64,000 bases of DNA from Patescibacteria group bacterium (GTDB lineage: Bacteria > Patescibacteriota > Patescibacteriia > 2-01-FULL-39-33): assembly GCA_041650895.1 (NCBI GenBank), contig JBAZKF010000001.1, positions 637,181 through 701,180 on the forward strand. The letters run 5' to 3'. Positions within the stretch are counted from its first letter, which is position 1. The number at the start of each line of letters is the position of its first letter. The translations under genes and the position numbers were made by a program. Positions 1 through 9,312 of the stretch are shown piece by piece. Under the pieces are notes generated by a model, which saw only the letters and a program-made list of their open reading frames with translations, had not been told where the DNA came from and made no database searches.

Positions 1-7
1 GAATAAG

Positions 8-496
8 TTATTCAGTTTTTGCTTCTTCGGCTGGGGTCGCGTTAATAGTTTCTACAACCTCTTCAGCCGGCTTTTCTTCAGTTACGGCCTCAGTTACAAC
101 TTCTTCAACTGGAGTCTCAATAGTTGCTTTAGCTGCTTCCTCAACGGCTTTAGCATCGGTCTCAGCCTTTGCCTTAGCTTCTTCGGCGGCCTTCTTATCG
201 GATTCTATCTGCGCCGTACGCTTTTTGCCTGGTTGAGTCTTACCAGCTCTAACTTTATCAGCTTTAATTAAACCCAAGTTAACTAATAAGTTATGGACAG
301 TCGGGGTTGGTTGAGCTCCCTTGCTAATCCAAAAAGTCACGCGATCAGCTTTGATTTCCGACGCTTTGGTATGGGGGTTATAAGTTCCCAATTTCTCCAC
401 ATTATCGCCCCATGGATCTTTAGACTTTTCCACGACGATTAGGGAGTATAAAGGATGTTTTTTCTTGCCTGTTCGAGATAATCTAATTGATAACAT
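8..496 (-). CDS. rpsP: 30S ribosomal protein S16 with long acidic (E/A/K/T-rich) C-terminal extension
   Basis: N-terminus MLSIRLSRTGKKKHPLYSLIVVEKSKDPWGDNVEKLGTYNP matches the bS16 fold. The start was chosen at the internal Met that aligns with S16 N-termini; the ORF-track start adds 16 non-conserved residues. Confidence 0.85.
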   Translation of the reverse strand: MLSIRLSRTGKKKHPLYSLIVVEKSKDPWGDNVEKLGTYNPHTKASEIKADRVTFWISKGAQPTPTVHNLLVNLGLIKADKVRAGKTQPGKKRTAQIESDKKAAEEAKAKAETDAKAVEEAAKATIETPVEEVVTEAVTEEKPAEEVVETINATPAEEAKTE

Positions 497-645
497 AAAT
501 AATATAATAATTAAAAATGGGCTTTGGGGCCCCTTTACGAGCACTCTGACTAATCAATAATTTAGCATATAGAACGATAAAAGTCAAGATGAGACAAAAA
601 AGAATAAAAATAAACCGGCCATAAAGACCGGTTAAAGTACAAGAC

Positions 646-1239
646 CTAAGCCTCTTTTATGAAATAACCAACATAATCCCAAAAGGAAATAATGGTTACT
701 ATCAGAGCTGATAGTGAGAAAAGTACGGACAAAGCCACTAAACCAGCGTCAACCGCCAGAGGTACGCCCCAAAAGTGAGCCCCTAAGGCAGTAATGACAG
801 TAATCAGCATGGCAGTCTGGGTATTGGCCTTGCGCTTGCCCCAAGGTCGAGCTGCCAAATCTGCACCGGAGGTGGCGCAATAGGCGCGCAAAAACCATAC
901 TGTCAATTCACGAAATAGAAACACAGCCATAATCCATAAAGGCAAAATGTTTAATGCTGTTAAACAAAGAAACATCATTAAATGAAAAGTCACGTCGCAA
1001 TAAGGATCATACAGTTTTCCAAAGTCAGACACCTTATCCCAACGCCGAGCCAAAAAGCCGTCTAAAAAATCTGTTGCTTCTATAACCACAACAACCAATA
1101 AGCACCAGGCCAAAGATACGGCCGAAAAATACATGAGCAACGTCATGGCCAATGGTGTTAAGAGTAAACGAATAGAGGTTAAAGCGTTGGGAATGTTATC
1201 CCTAGTCAGAATGTTAATTACCCTATGCTTTATCATCAT
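646..1239 (-). CDS. pgsA: CDP-alcohol phosphatidyltransferase (phosphatidylglycerophosphate synthase-like), multi-TM
   Basis: Family signature D-G-x2-A-R-x8-G-x3-D-x3-D is seen in DFLDGFLARRWDKVSDFGKLYDPYCD. Hydrophobic helices are present throughout. Confidence 0.7.
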   Translation of the reverse strand: MMIKHRVINILTRDNIPNALTSIRLLLTPLAMTLLMYFSAVSLAWCLLVVVVIEATDFLDGFLARRWDKVSDFGKLYDPYCDVTFHLMMFLCLTALNILPLWIMAVFLFRELTVWFLRAYCATSGADLAARPWGKRKANTQTAMLITVITALGAHFWGVPLAVDAGLVALSVLFSLSALIVTIISFWDYVGYFIKEA

Positions 1240-1915
1240 CTATCTTCTCCTTCCTGTTGACGCCACCTTCTTCCCTGACATCACCAGGATTCATTTGTCT
1301 TTCCAACCAACGACGCATCTCGTTTTGCTTTGCTGAAGCCGCGAGGTCAGTTACTGTTCTAAAATCATCCGCCTCAGCATCTGTCTCGGGACAAAAACCT
1401 ATTTGTTCTCCGATCTCCCCACCACCTCCCTCATCTTCATCTGTGTCTTGGTCGCAGTATTCCGTCAGGACAGCTCCCGCTAAGTCTGGCAAGAGAGAGG
1501 GGAGAGACTTGGTCAAATCAATGACATCAACCTCTACCGGTTCTAACTGGTCGTTAATTTTCATTAGTGATGGCAAGCCAAAATGTTGACTAAAAATATA
1601 TTCCATAATTGACATCGCATCGTCTTGCCAATCATATTCCAAATAAACGGCGTCGCACTGGGAAACGCAATGAGACAAAAGCGACAGCGTCTGTATAAAC
1701 CAGCGCCTGGACTCTTCGTCATATTTTTCAATTAACTTTTTGTCTATGGCGGTACTCTTTTCCGCCAACTGCAACTGTACTTCTTGGCTTTCCAAAAAAG
1801 TTATCGGATTAACAACACTTAATCCTAGTTGCTCAAGCCAGCTTTCAATTCGGTCAAACTTTTTGGCATCCTTTTCCAAATCACCGCTTTTAGCACTACA
1901 AATGTATATCACCAT
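1223..1915 (-). CDS. hypothetical protein, N-terminal nucleoside 2-deoxyribosyltransferase-like (DUF4406-like) domain plus very acidic C-terminus
   Basis: Strong SD (AAAGGAGG) 8 nt upstream of the ATG. The N-terminal pattern YICSAKSGD...VVNP...CDAVYLEYDWQD resembles the DUF4406 / deoxyribosyltransferase fold; this is a similarity judgement only. Confidence 0.45.
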   Translation of the reverse strand: MVIYICSAKSGDLEKDAKKFDRIESWLEQLGLSVVNPITFLESQEVQLQLAEKSTAIDKKLIEKYDEESRRWFIQTLSLLSHCVSQCDAVYLEYDWQDDAMSIMEYIFSQHFGLPSLMKINDQLEPVEVDVIDLTKSLPSLLPDLAGAVLTEYCDQDTDEDEGGGGEIGEQIGFCPETDAEADDFRTVTDLAASAKQNEMRRWLERQMNPGDVREEGGVNRKEKIDDDKA

Positions 1916-2046
1916 AGCTAATCCTCCTTTCCCTGGTAAAACTAAGTTAAATTGTCAAAGTCCGATTAGCCGTATCTTAACCAAAACAACGTTGAAAGTC
2001 AAAAAAACCGCCCTGACGAAAGTCGGGGCGGAACTGAAAGAACTGA

Positions 2047-3180
2047 TTATCGACCTCCGCGTTTACGCTGGACTCTTTCCAAAAATATCGGGCCATTAAT
2101 GGTTTTACCTCGATCCCGATCCATCAAAAAGAAAGCTTGTCTTGGCTTTTCAAAGTCTGCCTTAATAGACAAAGCATACGCATTATAACCAATCATTGAT
2201 CCGTTACAAACATAATTTCCGCCGTCGCGTAATTGGTGCCAATGGCCGATAACGTCTAAATTAGCATGTTTGGCTTTATTCCATTGAGCAATGGCTTTAT
2301 TGAGTGGGATAGTAATTCCGCCGACTCCACCGTGATATTTAATACCATCACCATGATGAAATCGCAACACTTGATCATAAACCTGGACATAAGCCAGATA
2401 ACTCTCGGGAATAATGAACTTCACGCGCTTCTCGTTTAGCGCTTGATAGTGAAGAGCCAACATATTATAAAGAAGGAACTCCAAAGAAGTACCTGTTTGA
2501 TTGGCATGACGTTTGAGTTTAGTGAATCGACCATGGTTGCCACAACAGCACGGAATGATTAAATTACAATTAGTCTGCTTAAGGAACATGTCTATACCGG
2601 ACACCAAAGCATTTCGTACTAACAGCAAAGCTTTAGTGGGAGGCAAAACATTAATTTCTTGTAATTCCTCATGCAGGTAATTAGAAATAAAATCTCCGAG
2701 TAGCGCAATAATGATTGTATCAATGCAGACTTCTTGCTGATTCATTTCTATTAGACGCAGAGAATTCTGAAAACAATACTTATAGCGCGCATCAAAGGTA
2801 GCCAGGTCATAAGAATTAAGTCCATTAACTGTTTCCGGATCAACCTTCTCTTCTGCATGCCAGTCACCGTAGACTACCACAGCGACAGCCTCAGAAGTGT
2901 TAGTGCCTTTCTTGGGTAAAATCTCCGTTACTTCTGGATCTTGCTCTAGCGACTTTACCGCTTCAACAACCTTTTCCAAATCACGGTAACGGTTAATCAA
3001 CTCACGATACTTTCTTTCTACGCCTTTTATCTCTTCTTTGTGCTGTCCTGCAATCAAATCTAAATCAACACTCCCTGAAATACTAGGGTTGGCTTCTTTA
3101 AAAATAGCTAAGCAATTTGGACAATCACTGCGCGGCACTCGCTTGCCTTGATAGGTTGGGTGTTGTTTGCATTTACTCAT
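2047..3180 (-). CDS. calcineurin-like metallophosphoesterase with N-terminal Cys4 zinc-ribbon
   Basis: Metallophosphatase motifs GDWH, GDFISNY and GNHG are present. N-terminus is CKQHP...CPNC. SD GGAGG lies upstream. Confidence 0.6.
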   Translation of the reverse strand: MSKCKQHPTYQGKRVPRSDCPNCLAIFKEANPSISGSVDLDLIAGQHKEEIKGVERKYRELINRYRDLEKVVEAVKSLEQDPEVTEILPKKGTNTSEAVAVVVYGDWHAEEKVDPETVNGLNSYDLATFDARYKYCFQNSLRLIEMNQQEVCIDTIIIALLGDFISNYLHEELQEINVLPPTKALLLVRNALVSGIDMFLKQTNCNLIIPCCCGNHGRFTKLKRHANQTGTSLEFLLYNMLALHYQALNEKRVKFIIPESYLAYVQVYDQVLRFHHGDGIKYHGGVGGITIPLNKAIAQWNKAKHANLDVIGHWHQLRDGGNYVCNGSMIGYNAYALSIKADFEKPRQAFFLMDRDRGKTINGPIFLERVQRKRGGR

Positions 3181-3343
3181 GGGACTTCCTCCTTCCCTTG
3201 TTGTTTACTTAATTGTTGCCTTGTTTAAGTTTTAATGTGCTTTAAATCACCCTCCAGAAATTATTTTATAACCTCATCTTATCCCCAGCAGAATAAGTTG
3301 TCAATAGTGGGAAAACTATGTAAGATATCTAAGGTTCAAATCT

Positions 3344-4759
3344 ATGCTTAACATCCCTTTAGCCCTGACTTATGACGACGTCTTACTTCTACCTAAGAAG
3401 TCGGAAATCGTTTCTCGCCGTGACGTGGATACTGCCACCCGGCTGACGCGGAACATCTCACTCAAGATTCCGTTGGTTTCGGCTAACATGGATACAGTCA
3501 CAGAAAGCCAGATGGCCATAGCTATGGCGCTTAAGGGCGGTATTGGCATTATTCATCGCTTTCTGGATTTAGAGACACAAGTAAAAGAAGTGACCAAAGT
3601 CAAACGCAAGCAACATATAGTAATTGACCACCCTTTCACTATTTCCCCTTGGGCGACTTTAGGCGAACTAAAAAATAAAATCTCCGAATTGGGTTGCAAT
3701 GGTTTCTTGGTAACGGATAAGGATAATAATCTGGTCGGCATTGTCAGCCGGCGCGATACTGACTTTATCACTGATGACGATGTGCTGATTGAATCAATTA
3801 TGACGCCAAAAACCAAGCTAATTGTCGCCAGTCCAGACATCACGCCGGAACAAGCGCGCCAAATATTCCGTTTGAATAAAGTAGAAAAATTACCATTGGT
3901 GGACGCGGATTTTAAGGTTAGGGGATTGATAACGCAAAAGGACATCTTAATCTACGGCAATAGTGAAACAGCCAAGGACTCTAAGGGACGTTTACTGGTA
4001 GGAGCGGCCATAGGAGCGGGAGACGACTTCTTGGAACGCGCCCAAGCGCTGATAGAAGCAGAAACAGATGTAATCGTGATTGATATCGCCCATGGACATT
4101 CACTTAATGAACTTCAGGCGATTTATAAGATAAAAGAAAAATTCCCGCAAGTGGAACTTGTTGGCGGCAATATTGCTACGGCGCAAGGCGCGCTGGATCT
4201 GATTAATGCCGGCATAGATGCGGTCAAAGTCGGTATCGGCCCCGGTTCTATCTGTACCACCCGCATCACCACTGGTTTCGGTGTGCCCCAATTATCGGCA
4301 ATCTTCAATATCGCCTCGGTCTGCCAACGTCATCAAGTGCCGTTAATCGCCGACGGCGGTATCAAACAGCCGGCTGACGTAGTAAAGGCTTTGGCCGCCG
4401 GCGCCGACACGGTGATGATCGGCGGACAATTCGCCGGCACTGCCGAGGCACCCGGTCCAGTTATCACCTACCAGGGCCGGCAATATAAAATTTCCCGCGG
4501 TATGGCATCACTGACTGCCGCCCTATCACGACCCAACGCCAAGGAATCAATCCAACAGATCACGCCAGAAGGCATTGAAGCGCGCGTCCCCTATCGCGGT
4601 TCAGTGACTAATATCATTGACCAATATGTCGGCGGTTTGCGTTCCGGCATGAGTTATGGCAACGCCAAAAAAATTGACGACCTACGCGATTGCCAATTCA
4701 TTCGCATTACCGAAGCCAGTCGCGTGGAATCAGGCAGTCATGATAACGAGATTTTATAA
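3344..4759 (+). CDS. guaB: inosine-5'-monophosphate dehydrogenase with CBS pair
   Basis: [11 protein letters not shown]-terminus; catalytic loop [11 protein letters not shown]; CBS-domain insert; C-terminal flap. Confidence 0.9.
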   Translation: MLNIPLALTYDDVLLLPKKSEIVSRRDVDTATRLTRNISLKIPLVSANMDTVTESQMAIAMALKGGIGIIHRFLDLETQVKEVTKVKRKQHIVIDHPFTISPWATLGELKNKISELGCNGFLVTDKDNNLVGIVSRRDTDFITDDDVLIESIMTPKTKLIVASPDITPEQARQIFRLNKVEKLPLVDADFKVRGLITQKDILIYGNSETAKDSKGRLLVGAAIGAGDDFLERAQALIEAETDVIVIDIAHGHSLNELQAIYKIKEKFPQVELVGGNIATAQGALDLINAGIDAVKVGIGPGSICTTRITTGFGVPQLSAIFNIASVCQRHQVPLIADGGIKQPADVVKALAAGADTVMIGGQFAGTAEAPGPVITYQGRQYKISRGMASLTAALSRPNAKESIQQITPEGIEARVPYRGSVTNIIDQYVGGLRSGMSYGNAKKIDDLRDCQFIRITEASRVESGSHDNEIL

Positions 4760-4851
4760 TCTTTATTGACTTTAGAATATTGAGCGGGTAATATCATAAT
4801 TAGAACTTTAAAACAATAAATGCCTCATGACAAAAGAAAGGGAGGGTAATC

Positions 4852-5550
4852 ATGAAAGACGCACAAAGGCGCAAAAGATTCGGTATCTCTACTGGTGACG
4901 CTTGTGCCATTGATGTCCTGCATAATTTCGGAATTGATTTGCAAAATAGGCAACTTTGGATTAGCGGAACCAACATTGACTTGTTAACGGCTGATGACGC
5001 AGGTCCGGAGCCAGGCGTTGAATACATGATGTCTAACAGAGTAATCAGAAACTTGCATCTTCTGAGATTGCGTTCTGAAACTGCTCCGGCTTTAGTCCAT
5101 TTGCACACCTGTGGCGGAGATTATCATGAAGGTATGGCTATTTACAACGCCTTACGTTCCATGCCCTTCCCCATAACCATTATTTCTTATACCCATGCCA
5201 GAAGCATGTCTTCAATCATTATACAGGCGGCCGAGAAGCGCGTTCTGATGCCTGACTCTTACTTTATGATCCATTATGGGCAATTGTATGCCGGTGGTGA
5301 AGCTAAAACAGTCAAGAGCAACGTTGAATTCGATAAAATCGGCACAGACAGAATGTTAGATATTTATGTTGAGAAGGCCAAAAAAGGAAAGAAATTCATA
5401 AAATGGAGTGAGACTCGCATTCGCAACTTTCTAAAAAGAAAAATGGATGAAAAAGGCGATTTCTTCTTGATGCCGGAAGAAGCTGTGGAATTCGGTTTTG
5501 CTGATGAGGTCTTTGACTTTGACTGGCAAAGACTGACTGAGTTTAGCTAA
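4852..5550 (+). CDS. ClpP-family serine peptidase-like protein (orphan, atypical termini)
   Basis: Strong SD AAAGGGAGGG. ClpP-like core LHTCGGDYHEGMAIYNAL...THARSMSSIIIQAAEKRVLMPDSYFMIHYG carries the Ser motif. No clpX is nearby. Confidence 0.6.
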   Translation: MKDAQRRKRFGISTGDACAIDVLHNFGIDLQNRQLWISGTNIDLLTADDAGPEPGVEYMMSNRVIRNLHLLRLRSETAPALVHLHTCGGDYHEGMAIYNALRSMPFPITIISYTHARSMSSIIIQAAEKRVLMPDSYFMIHYGQLYAGGEAKTVKSNVEFDKIGTDRMLDIYVEKAKKGKKFIKWSETRIRNFLKRKMDEKGDFFLMPEEAVEFGFADEVFDFDWQRLTEFS

Positions 5551-5752
5551 TTGACTTTCCAATTTAGCTATCTAGAACCTCGTTCTTTACTAACCCCGTA
5601 ATCTTCGGGGTTTTAAATTTGGCTAATTTTAGATAAAATTATCTTATATTTATTTAATTATTTGTGAACTACTTTCCCACTTGAAACTTTCCAGAAAATG
5701 CTTTATAATATATTACATCGTTTTGATCAATAAACTAGCGTTTAACAATTAA

Positions 5753-5823
5753 GGGCCTATAGTATAGCGGTAGAACGGTTCCATGGCATGGAACAGGTCA
5801 GGGTTCGACTCCCTGTAGGTCCA
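5753..5823 (+). tRNA. tRNA-Ala(GGC)
   Basis: Cloverleaf folded by hand. Acceptor GGGCCTA/TAGGTCC has a G3:U70 pair (Ala identity). Anticodon loop is ATGGCAT; T-arm is CAGGGTTCGACTCCCTG. Confidence 0.7.
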
Positions 5824-5824
5824 C

Positions 5825-5866
5825 AAATAAAATAAATTGGCTAAAATTAGCCAATTTATTTTATTT
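5825..5866. terminator. 42-nt perfect AT-rich palindrome immediately 3' of tRNA-Ala (hairpin / bidirectional terminator or binding site)
   Basis: AAATAAAATAAATTGGCTAAAATTAGCCAATTTATTTTATTT is its own reverse complement. It contains the recurrent TTAGCCAA motif. Confidence 0.4.
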
Positions 5867-5977
5867 TAAAAAATTATTCAGTTGACAAAAAATTATTACT
5901 GCGATATGATTATAAATCAAATTAATGCAGTTTAAAACCCACAAGTTAACCGCCCAAAACAGGCAAGGAGAATCACC

Positions 5978-6277
5978 GTGGGCCATAAGAGGAAAGAAAC
6001 TAAGACAAGTAAAGCCCCGCAACACCCGATGGTAGGTCAAATGATTTACGTTGGCCCCGGACCGGAATGCACGGGCGGACAAGCATTGATTACTGAAACA
6101 GAAATACGATTCAAAGGCAAAAAGAAATCACTCTTTGTCAAACTGAATGCCCATCCCAGAGGGTTCCTGAACTGGACCAACGGTCTAAGGCCAAAACAAA
6201 AGGCTCTTGAAAAAAAATACGGCGATACCAAGGCCAAGTACGATCCGGATGATCGTAGTTGGGGTATGCCAGAATAG
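5978..6277 (+). CDS. hypothetical basic protein (GTG start)
   Basis: SD AAGGAG lies 7 nt upstream of the GTG. A rho-independent terminator is at 6285-6314. Confidence 0.4.
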   Translation: MGHKRKETKTSKAPQHPMVGQMIYVGPGPECTGGQALITETEIRFKGKKKSLFVKLNAHPRGFLNWTNGLRPKQKALEKKYGDTKAKYDPDDRSWGMPE

Positions 6278-6284
6278 AACATAA

Positions 6285-6314
6285 ACCCCCGAATCATGTA
6301 TTCCGGGGGTTTTT
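6285..6314 (+). terminator. rho-independent terminator
   Basis: CCCCCGAATCATGTATTCCGGGGG stem followed by a T-run. Confidence 0.6.
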
Positions 6315-6385
6315 CGTTGCCTAATTATAATTCAATAATAATAAAAACCCGAATACAATCCGGGTTACGCAAAAGTGCAATATAA

Positions 6386-6913
6386 TTAATAAACAATCGT
6401 CCAGCGATAAAAGTTGTGCCTGCTTACCTTGACCATTCCACTATCATCTATAATCTCATCTTTAATGAAGTCACCTCTTAGTACCATACCGGGACAAAGA
6501 TCCAATGCTTCATTTAGTGACAAGAATAACACCTCTCTCGGCCCGTCAATAGAAAAAAATCTTTTGTAGAGTTTGGTCATTACCCTTTTTCTGTGGTTAA
6601 ATTCTTTTCTCCATTTTAGCAATTCGCTATAATTCCCTGAACTTATAGCGCTTCGCTTTTCAGACATCATTGAGAGATGATCCATTAGTTTTTCATGGAT
6701 CTCCGCTTTTTTTATGGCGTCAGACCTACTCAATCTACTAACGGAAACCTGCAAGCAACCTGACATTGACGGCCTCGGTTTAACAGATTCCACGTAAAAG
6801 TAAGCTTTGGCGTTCTTAATATCGGTTGCACTATCTCTTTTAGTCACGCAACCGACGAACAAAAAAGAAAATACAAAAACTGATAGCAAAAACAAAAAAC
6901 TGATACTTCTCAC
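6386..6913 (-). CDS. hypothetical lipoprotein (GTG start)
   Basis: SD GGAGG upstream. Signal peptide with a lipobox-like LFVGC. Terminator hairpin on the minus strand at 6336-6368. Confidence 0.5.
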   Translation of the reverse strand: MRSISFLFLLSVFVFSFLFVGCVTKRDSATDIKNAKAYFYVESVKPRPSMSGCLQVSVSRLSRSDAIKKAEIHEKLMDHLSMMSEKRSAISSGNYSELLKWRKEFNHRKRVMTKLYKRFFSIDGPREVLFLSLNEALDLCPGMVLRGDFIKDEIIDDSGMVKVSRHNFYRWTIVY

Positions 6914-7172
6914 TGTTTTCCTCCTTTTAGTTAGACACCTACGACCGTATTAACTATTACCAATTATCAATGTTCTAAACTTAACCAAAACAAAGATTCC
7001 TAGTGCTCCTGATAACCAATCATAGCACTTTCTAAACTATTTTTCAATACCAAGTTAATTAATATTATTTTCACGTTAAACCGCTAAATTTATTCTATTT
7101 TATATAACATAAATTAGCTAAATTTAGCCAATTTGTTTAAATTTAGCCAAATAATTATCAACCTTGGTCTCA

Positions 7173-7194
7173 ATGTCTAGACATGTCTAGACAT
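7173..7194. repeat. tandem palindromic operator-like repeat ATGTCTAGACATGTCTAGACAT (copy 1 of 3)
   Basis: Two overlapping copies of the 12-bp palindrome ATGTCTAGACAT. Confidence 0.8.
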
Positions 7195-7332
7195 TTATCC
7201 CACATAGCAACAGGTTATCCACAGATTTCCACAATGTCGTTAATTTCTTTTTTTACTAAATTTAGATAAAAATGGCTGTTTTAGCAAAATCTATAAACAT
7301 AACTAACTCAATAACAGTGGAATAAAAAAGTA

Positions 7333-7354
7333 ATGTCTAGACATGTCTGGACAT
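7333..7354. repeat. operator-like repeat ATGTCTAGACATGTCTGGACAT (copy 2 of 3)
   Basis: Near-identical to copy 1 with a single A>G change. Confidence 0.8.
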
Positions 7355-7410
7355 TACTTAAATTTGTTAAAAAACTTTATTATTTAAATTTAGCCAAAAT
7401 TATTTTTCAT

Positions 7411-7431
7411 TGTCTAGACATGTCTGGACAT
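7411..7431. repeat. operator-like repeat TGTCTAGACATGTCTGGACAT (copy 3 of 3)
   Basis: Near-identical to copy 2. Confidence 0.8.
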
Positions 7432-7583
7432 TACGCAAACAAAAAATTATAACAAAAAAGTTATAATCTTAAAGGCACCATTTTTCTACCCCTATGCGGA
7501 ATATTAAGATACCAAATGACATTACCGGTAAAATAACCACTTGTTATATTACCGCGCAAGACTTTACTAAAAAATACTTCTTT

Positions 7584-7655
7584 TGCTCTCATCAGGAATC
7601 GAACCTGAATCTAGGGCTTAGGAGTCCCTTGTTCTATCCGTTGAACTATGAGGGC
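7584..7655 (-). tRNA. tRNA-Arg(CCU) (one C3:A70 acceptor mismatch)
   Basis: Minus strand reads GCCCTCA TA GTTC AACGGATA GAAC A AGGGA CTCCTAA GCCCT AGAT TCAGG TTCGATT CCTGA TGAGAGC A. The anticodon is CCT. Confidence 0.55.
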
Positions 7656-7816
7656 GTAACTTGGCAAAACGAGACAGGAGTAGCCAATATTAACCACCTA
7701 TTGAATAATGAAGTTTAAACTGTCTAGTTACTTGATTGACGAAGTAAAATTCTGTATAATTAAGACAGATTTATTAATGAGATGACACATCTCAAATCAA
7801 TTTTACAGTAAAAATT

Positions 7817-8455
7817 ATGATAATTCAATGGTTAGGCTTATCGGCCGTAAAAGTCCAGACTAAGGGCCAAGGAGAAGAGTTAGTAATTGCTCTGGATCCG
7901 TTTGCCGATAATGGCTCCCTAAAAATGCCGCGTTTCCAAGCCGACATCGTAATGGCATCCAGTAATCATGAAGAACACGCCAATTTTGAGGCCATCCGCG
8001 GAGAGCCCTTTGCTATCGTCCATCCCGGCGAATACGAAACTAAAGGCATTTTTATTTACGGCATACCCGGTGTAAACTCTTCTGATAAAGAAAAGCTTCA
8101 AAACACGATTTATAAAATTATTGCTGAGGAAATCTCCATTGTTCATTTAGGCAGATTAAATAAGACTCTAACCGATGAACAAGTTGACCAACTGGGTAAT
8201 GTTGACATCCTATTCCTGCCAATCGGTGGCAAGGATGTTCTGGATGACAAGAAAGCGATTGAAGTCGCTTCACAATTGGAGCCAAGAATAATTATTCCGA
8301 TACACTACAAAATTAATGGACAAAAAACTGACTTGGCTGATGCTGGCGATTATCTCAAACATTGCGGTTTAAAGTCAGAGACTCAGGAGAAGTTACGGGC
8401 AAATAAAAAAGATCTGCTTGCTGAAGATACCAGAGTAATCATTCTAACGGTTTAA
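7817..8455 (+). CDS. metallo-beta-lactamase-fold metal-dependent hydrolase
   Basis: UPF0173 / MBL-fold-like. MIIQWLGLSAVKV at the N-terminus; the His/Asp metal ligands are spread along the sequence. Confidence 0.65.
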   Translation: MIIQWLGLSAVKVQTKGQGEELVIALDPFADNGSLKMPRFQADIVMASSNHEEHANFEAIRGEPFAIVHPGEYETKGIFIYGIPGVNSSDKEKLQNTIYKIIAEEISIVHLGRLNKTLTDEQVDQLGNVDILFLPIGGKDVLDDKKAIEVASQLEPRIIIPIHYKINGQKTDLADAGDYLKHCGLKSETQEKLRANKKDLLAEDTRVIILTV

Positions 8456-8480
8456 TTAAAAATCATTTGAACCTTTTCCC

Positions 8481-9293
8481 ATGCGTCAAAAAAAATCTTC
8501 CACCCCGCGGCGGAAACAATCAGGAGGCCCGAAAAAAAGCACCTCAAAATCAATAAATAAACCAGCAGAACCGCGCTATATCAACATCAACACTCCGCCC
8601 TTAGAAAAAAGGGCCGTATTGGTCTGGCTGATTATTACCGTCTTAATGGCGGTAGTTGTGATTTGTTGGTTCTTATCTTTATCCAGCAATATCGCCAGTG
8701 AAACTAAGAATCTTAATTTGGAACAAATAAAAAAAGAGATTGATTCAACTTTAGGCAAGTTTGATTTATCCGGTAATATCGCTTCTACTACTCCTTTGAT
8801 ATCACCGGAAGATTTAACGACAATAAAAGAGAATGTACTTAAGGAAATAAGACAGAACGAACCGGAATTATGGCCGGAAAAAACTTCTCTCGTTCTTGGT
8901 CTGACATTCCGTCTGCCACCGAACTGGCAAATGGATGAAAGCCAAAATACTCTGCGTTTAACCGATTATGCTTTAAACGGCGACATACCTGAGGCTTTTA
9001 CGTTAATAACCATCACAGCTCAAGCTGACAGCCGCAAACAATCGCTCTTTTCCTGGTTCTCTCGCAATAAGATCGATTTAAAAAGCTATTCTCTTGATGA
9101 AACCTCTCTCAACTCCACCAGCACCGATGTCTTATATTATACCCGCACTGTTCCGGTGGCAGGAGAAATTGATCGACGTGTTTATTTAAAAACAGTAGAC
9201 AAAGTTTACGAAATACAAATACTGGGACGAGGAGAAGACACCATTTCCAATCAAATAGTGAATTTAATCATAGGCAGTATTAGATTAATTTAA
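8481..9293 (+). CDS. hypothetical membrane-anchored protein (basic N-terminus, 1 TM, extracytoplasmic domain)
   Basis: K/R/P-rich N-terminus followed by one hydrophobic helix, VLVWLIITVLMAVVVICWFL. Confidence 0.5.
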   Translation: MRQKKSSTPRRKQSGGPKKSTSKSINKPAEPRYININTPPLEKRAVLVWLIITVLMAVVVICWFLSLSSNIASETKNLNLEQIKKEIDSTLGKFDLSGNIASTTPLISPEDLTTIKENVLKEIRQNEPELWPEKTSLVLGLTFRLPPNWQMDESQNTLRLTDYALNGDIPEAFTLITITAQADSRKQSLFSWFSRNKIDLKSYSLDETSLNSTSTDVLYYTRTVPVAGEIDRRVYLKTVDKVYEIQILGRGEDTISNQIVNLIIGSIRLI

Positions 9294-9312
9294 ATTTGCC
9301 AGTCATTAATTT

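Noticed and set aside
3553-4308. Antisense ORFs within guaB, gyrA, pilB, PBP1A and the AAA+ gene (e.g. 3553-3945, 9426-10155, 31602-32503, 16645-16962, 54921-55469)
   Set aside because: They are fully embedded opposite well-supported genes, with no RBS and low-complexity products.
7494-7718. 74-aa ORF 7494-7718 and ORF 26831-27154
   Set aside because: Both overlap tRNA genes or terminator hairpins and have no SD, so the tRNA and RNA features are preferred.
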